Origin: Thermotogota bacterium
GTDB taxonomy: Bacteria; Thermotogota; Thermotogae; Petrotogales; Petrotogaceae
Reading direction: 5' to 3'
Assembly: GCA_051748045.1 (NCBI GenBank)
Contig: JBNJGY010000051.1
Location: 1 to 12,274, forward strand
DNA: 12,274 bases
Under the pieces are notes generated by a model. It saw only the letters and a program-made list of their open reading frames with translations, searched no databases and was not told the DNA's origin. Made by a program: the position numbers and the translations under genes. Shown here piece after piece: positions 9,497 to 12,274 of the stretch (position 1 is the stretch's first letter; each line of letters opens with the position of its first letter).

Positions 9497-10030
9497 TTAC
9501 ACAATTTTATCTAATTTTTCTTTTAATTCAGTTACTAATTTTGGGTCTGTTGATTTTACACCTTTAAAAACTCTTCTTTTTTCATCTTCATGTTTTCCGA
9601 AACCTTCTTGATCTTGAGCAGCCATCATTGATTTTCCAATTTTTTTGTGAATCAATAAAAACCACTCTTTGAACAGTTCATCTGATTCTTTTAAATGTAC
9701 AAATTCTATGTTTGGATGTGATTTTAGCTTTACATCTGGTACTCCAAAAAGATAAATCTTTTCCACATTATCAGCCATTTCAAGATATCTGTTCCATATT
9801 GCTTCCGCTCTTGAGTATTTTTGAAATCCAGCGTAAACAACAGCATCGGATTTATTTCTCAATAAAACACTTTCCATAATGTAACACATTCTTTCAAGGA
9901 CTGGGATGCTTGTTTCATACTTTAGACTATTTGATCCTAAAACGTCATCTGAAACATTTTCACTTAAATTCTTTTTTTCTGCGTCTACTTGTTTAAAAAC
10001 TTCTTGATAAACTGAGAACTTTCTATCCAT
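9497..10030 (-). CDS. stand-alone DICT sensory domain protein
   Basis: Pattern MCYIMES...VVYAGFQKYSRA...RYLEMA...IYLFGVPD...VHL...DEL.KEWFLL matches the DICT (FQ..S, RY..LA, EWF) signature, recognised by eye. Start at ATG 10030 (MDRKFSV, 177 aa) with SD AAGGAGG inside the ribU 3' end. No output domain. Confidence 0.75.
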   Translation of the reverse strand: MDRKFSVYQEVFKQVDAEKKNLSENVSDDVLGSNSLKYETSIPVLERMCYIMESVLLRNKSDAVVYAGFQKYSRAEAIWNRYLEMADNVEKIYLFGVPDVKLKSHPNIEFVHLKESDELFKEWFLLIHKKIGKSMMAAQDQEGFGKHEDEKRRVFKGVKSTDPKLVTELKEKLDKIV

Positions 10031-10598
10031 TAAAAACGCCTCCTTTGAGTTGTTTCTGTATGTATTTATAAACTGTGTTTCCAATAAAAATAACCATTGT
10101 AAATTTTATAAAATTAAAAGGTATAATTACAAATAGTAAATACTCATAAATATTATCTATAAAAGGCATTATTTTTGAAGAAATAGATACTAAAGCTTCT
10201 GGTGATATATTTAATATTAAGTCGTACAAAGGTATTACCATAAATAAATTTACAAAAAATATTGAGATTATAAATAGTGGTGTTGAAAATAAAAAACTAA
10301 TTATTTTATTATTTTTCTTGCTAAAAAAGTAGAAAGGAAATATTATCAGAACACCAGAAATAAAGTTAACTAATTCACCGATCCCAAGAGTCGATGAAAT
10401 AAACATGTGTAAAACATTTTTGAATAATAACACTATTATTCCAGATAAAGGATTTAAGAAATAAAACGTGATAAATGCGGGGATATCGCTTAAATCGTAT
10501 TTTAGAAATCCTGGAAAAATAGGGAGATTAAACTCAATGTAGTAAAAAATAGTTGATACAGCTATCATCATAGATAAAATAGAAATTTTTTTCGACAT
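10023..10598 (-). CDS. ribU: ECF transporter S component, riboflavin (RibU/FmnP) type
   Basis: 191 aa, hydrophobic. IEFNLPIFPGFLKYDLSDIPA, KNVLH, GIGELVNF and PFNFIK motifs are typical of RibU. SD AGGGGGT at 10609-10603. Confidence 0.8.
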   Translation of the reverse strand: MSKKISILSMMIAVSTIFYYIEFNLPIFPGFLKYDLSDIPAFITFYFLNPLSGIIVLLFKNVLHMFISSTLGIGELVNFISGVLIIFPFYFFSKKNNKIISFLFSTPLFIISIFFVNLFMVIPLYDLILNISPEALVSISSKIMPFIDNIYEYLLFVIIPFNFIKFTMVIFIGNTVYKYIQKQLKGGVFNG

Positions 10599-10617
10599 AT
10601 TTACCCCCTAAAATAAT

Positions 10618-10652
10618 AAAAAAAGCCAACCACTAAGCAAATAGTGGTAGGC
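10618..10652 (-). terminator. intrinsic terminator immediately upstream of ribU (attenuator, or ars operon terminator)
   Basis: Minus strand GCC-T-ACCACTA-TTTGCT-TAGTGGT-T-GGC-TTTTTTT: 10-bp stem with one T/T mismatch and a 7-T tail ending 8 nt before the ribU SD. Confidence 0.8.
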
Positions 10653-10750
10653 CCCGTTTATTAAGATATATTATTATTTTACACCACGTAAATAAATTGA
10701 TTATTTAATATTTGTGAAATTAAAGTAAAAAGCTAAATGGATATTTTATG

Positions 10751-11527
10751 TTATAAATTAAAATTCATTGATGACTTTGTCTCTTTTTTTATTGGCCCCA
10801 TATCAAAAGTTCTTCCTAAGGCTAAAACTGTTCCAAGTTCTGCGGGTAATCCAGATTTATTTATCTTTTCTATAGTTGTTTTAATATCATAATCAACTTT
10901 AACAAATTCGTGAGAGACAACACCTTTTTCAATATTAATAATTAAATAAACTGCTTTTGGTACTCCCTCTTTTGTCCTGCCCACACTTCCAGCATTATAA
11001 ATTGTTTTTCCTTTAACAGATTTGTGCATTGATAAATGTGTGTGCCCATTGATAACTATATCTTCTTCAAATGAATTTGCTACTTCTTCCAACCTTTTTG
11101 CTTTTGTAGTAGGCTTGATGTATTCAAGAAGATAGTTGAGAGGGCTACCATGCACTAATAACATTCTAACACCTTCTATTTCAAAACTCATTTTTTTTGG
11201 AAGGGTTTTCAGAAATTGCTTGTTTTCTTTACTTGTGTTTTTTATCGTCCAATTAATGGATTCGTCTCCAACTTCAGTTTCTCTTCCGGGATTGTATGCA
11301 CAGCCACAACTTTCTTTTTCGTTTCCTATTGCATCATCATAATTTCCCATAATTGTTTTTATTTTCAAATCTTTTATTTGTTCAACCACATAATCTGGGT
11401 CTGGCCCATATCCTACTAAATCACCTGTGCAATAAACTTCTGAAATTTCTTTTTTTTCAATATCTTTTAAAACAGCATCTAAAGCTTCTTTATTACTATG
11501 AATATCTGAAATAATAGCTATTTTCAT
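10751..11527 (-). CDS. calcineurin-like metallophosphoesterase (YfcE/MJ0936-like), ars-operon associated
   Basis: SDIHSN, GDLVGYGP, GNYD, VHGSP, GHTH and NAGSVG motifs, plus an extra ESCGCAY. Its SD GAGGTGA overlaps the arsC stop. Confidence 0.9.
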   Translation of the reverse strand: MKIAIISDIHSNKEALDAVLKDIEKKEISEVYCTGDLVGYGPDPDYVVEQIKDLKIKTIMGNYDDAIGNEKESCGCAYNPGRETEVGDESINWTIKNTSKENKQFLKTLPKKMSFEIEGVRMLLVHGSPLNYLLEYIKPTTKAKRLEEVANSFEEDIVINGHTHLSMHKSVKGKTIYNAGSVGRTKEGVPKAVYLIINIEKGVVSHEFVKVDYDIKTTIEKINKSGLPAELGTVLALGRTFDMGPIKKETKSSMNFNL

Positions 11528-11536
11528 TTTATCACC

Positions 11537-11989
11537 TCACAATAAAAAATTCTTTTTTTCCCACTCAGGGTTTCCATCATTCTCAACAAAATCTTTAATT
11601 TTCTTTTCTATTTCATCTCTAACCATTCTAAATTTTTTCAATTTTTCTTCTTCTGTTCCTGCTATCCCATCTGGATCATCAAAAGGCCAAAACATTCTAA
11701 TGCTAATTCCTGGAAAGTGAGGACAATTTTTCTCAGCCTTTGAACAAACTGTGATCAAAAAACCAAATCTTTTATTATCAAAATCTTCAAAACCCTTTGA
11801 ATATTGGTTACTCATGTCTATGTTTTTTTCTTCCATTACTCTTATTGTTAGAGGGTTTATTTCAGAAGGTTTCAATCCAGCAGAATATACTTCGTATTTA
11901 TCATTTGCATAATGTTTTAAAAAGCCTTCTGCCATCTGACTTCTTGCTGAGTTTCTTGTACATAAAAATAATACCTTTGGTTTTGACAT
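11537..11989 (-). CDS. arsC: arsenate reductase, thioredoxin-coupled LMW-PTP fold
   Basis: P-loop CTRNSARSQMAE. Cys10, Cys82, Cys89 and Asp105 (WPFDDP) have the same numbering as pI258/B. subtilis ArsC. Lies directly downstream of an acr3 3' end. Confidence 0.9.
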   Translation of the reverse strand: MSKPKVLFLCTRNSARSQMAEGFLKHYANDKYEVYSAGLKPSEINPLTIRVMEEKNIDMSNQYSKGFEDFDNKRFGFLITVCSKAEKNCPHFPGISIRMFWPFDDPDGIAGTEEEKLKKFRMVRDEIEKKIKDFVENDGNPEWEKKNFLL

Positions 11990-11990
11990 T

Positions 11991-12214
11991 TTATTTTACC
12001 CCCTTAAATTTATGTTTTGTTTTATTAGCAATTTTCACAAGTGTCAACATGACGGGTACTTCTACTAAAACCCCCACAACTGTTGCAAGTGCAGCACCAG
12101 ATTTTAACCCAAATAGAGCTATAGCTGTTGCAACTGCTAATTCAAAAAAGTTACTGGCTCCAATCATTGAAGCTGGAGCTGCAATTTCGTGTTTTAACTC
12201 CCATTTATATGCCC
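11991..12214 (-). pseudogene. acr3: 3' remnant of an Acr3 arsenite efflux permease, truncated on its 5' side
   Basis: Manual translation of the minus strand gives [73 protein letters not shown], with stop TAA at 11993-11991, 1 nt before the arsC ATG. SNFFELA and [10 protein letters not shown] are Acr3 signatures. There is an in-frame TAG at 12233-12231, and no reading frame upstream looks like Acr3. Confidence 0.85.
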
Positions 12215-12274
12215 GGCCTTGACGGCTTTGCTACATACAAAAAATTCAGGGAAAAGCATTATACAAGATTTTTT
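12215..12274. mobile_element. foreign sequence interrupting acr3; possible insertion-sequence end
   Basis: Acr3 similarity stops abruptly at about 12214. GGCTTTGCTACATA at 12224 resembles the GGCTTTG start of IS5-family (IS903-like) terminal repeats. No transposase or partner repeat is visible in the window. Confidence 0.35.

Noticed and set aside
9434-10084. Longer ORF starts at 9478 (oxidoreductase) and 10084 (DICT)
   Set aside because: The downstream ATGs at 9433 and 10030 have strong SD sites. The longer starts fall in a terminator or deep inside ribU.
10599-10750. Canonical FMN riboswitch expected upstream of ribU
   Set aside because: The conserved aptamer sequences are absent, and the region is too short and AT-rich.
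11136-11419. Plus-strand ORFs at 11136-11342 and 11216-11419
   Set aside because: They are antisense shadows of the metallophosphoesterase.
11797-12222. 141-aa plus-strand ORF
   Set aside because: It is the antisense shadow of the acr3 remnant and arsC, which carry clear family motifs on the minus strand.

Overview
AT-rich bacterial chromosomal window. The gene content and GGGGGT/GAGGTGA Shine-Dalgarno (SD) sites fit a low-GC anaerobe, possibly Thermotogota/Petrotogales (inference only). On the + strand are an addB-addA helicase-nuclease pair and a single-Cache methyl-accepting chemotaxis protein, ending at a bidirectional terminator. On the - strand, read right to left: an unannotated, 5'-truncated acr3 arsenite-efflux remnant abutting foreign, IS-end-like DNA; thioredoxin-type arsC; a metallophosphoesterase with a CGC motif; a leader terminator; a riboflavin-type ECF S component (ribU) translationally coupled to a stand-alone DICT sensory-domain protein; a terminator; and a Gfo/Idh/MocA oxidoreductase. 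The most notable items are the ribU-DICT pair, whose leader has a terminator but no FMN riboswitch, and the broken ars operon. No CRISPR array, rRNA or tRNA was seen.
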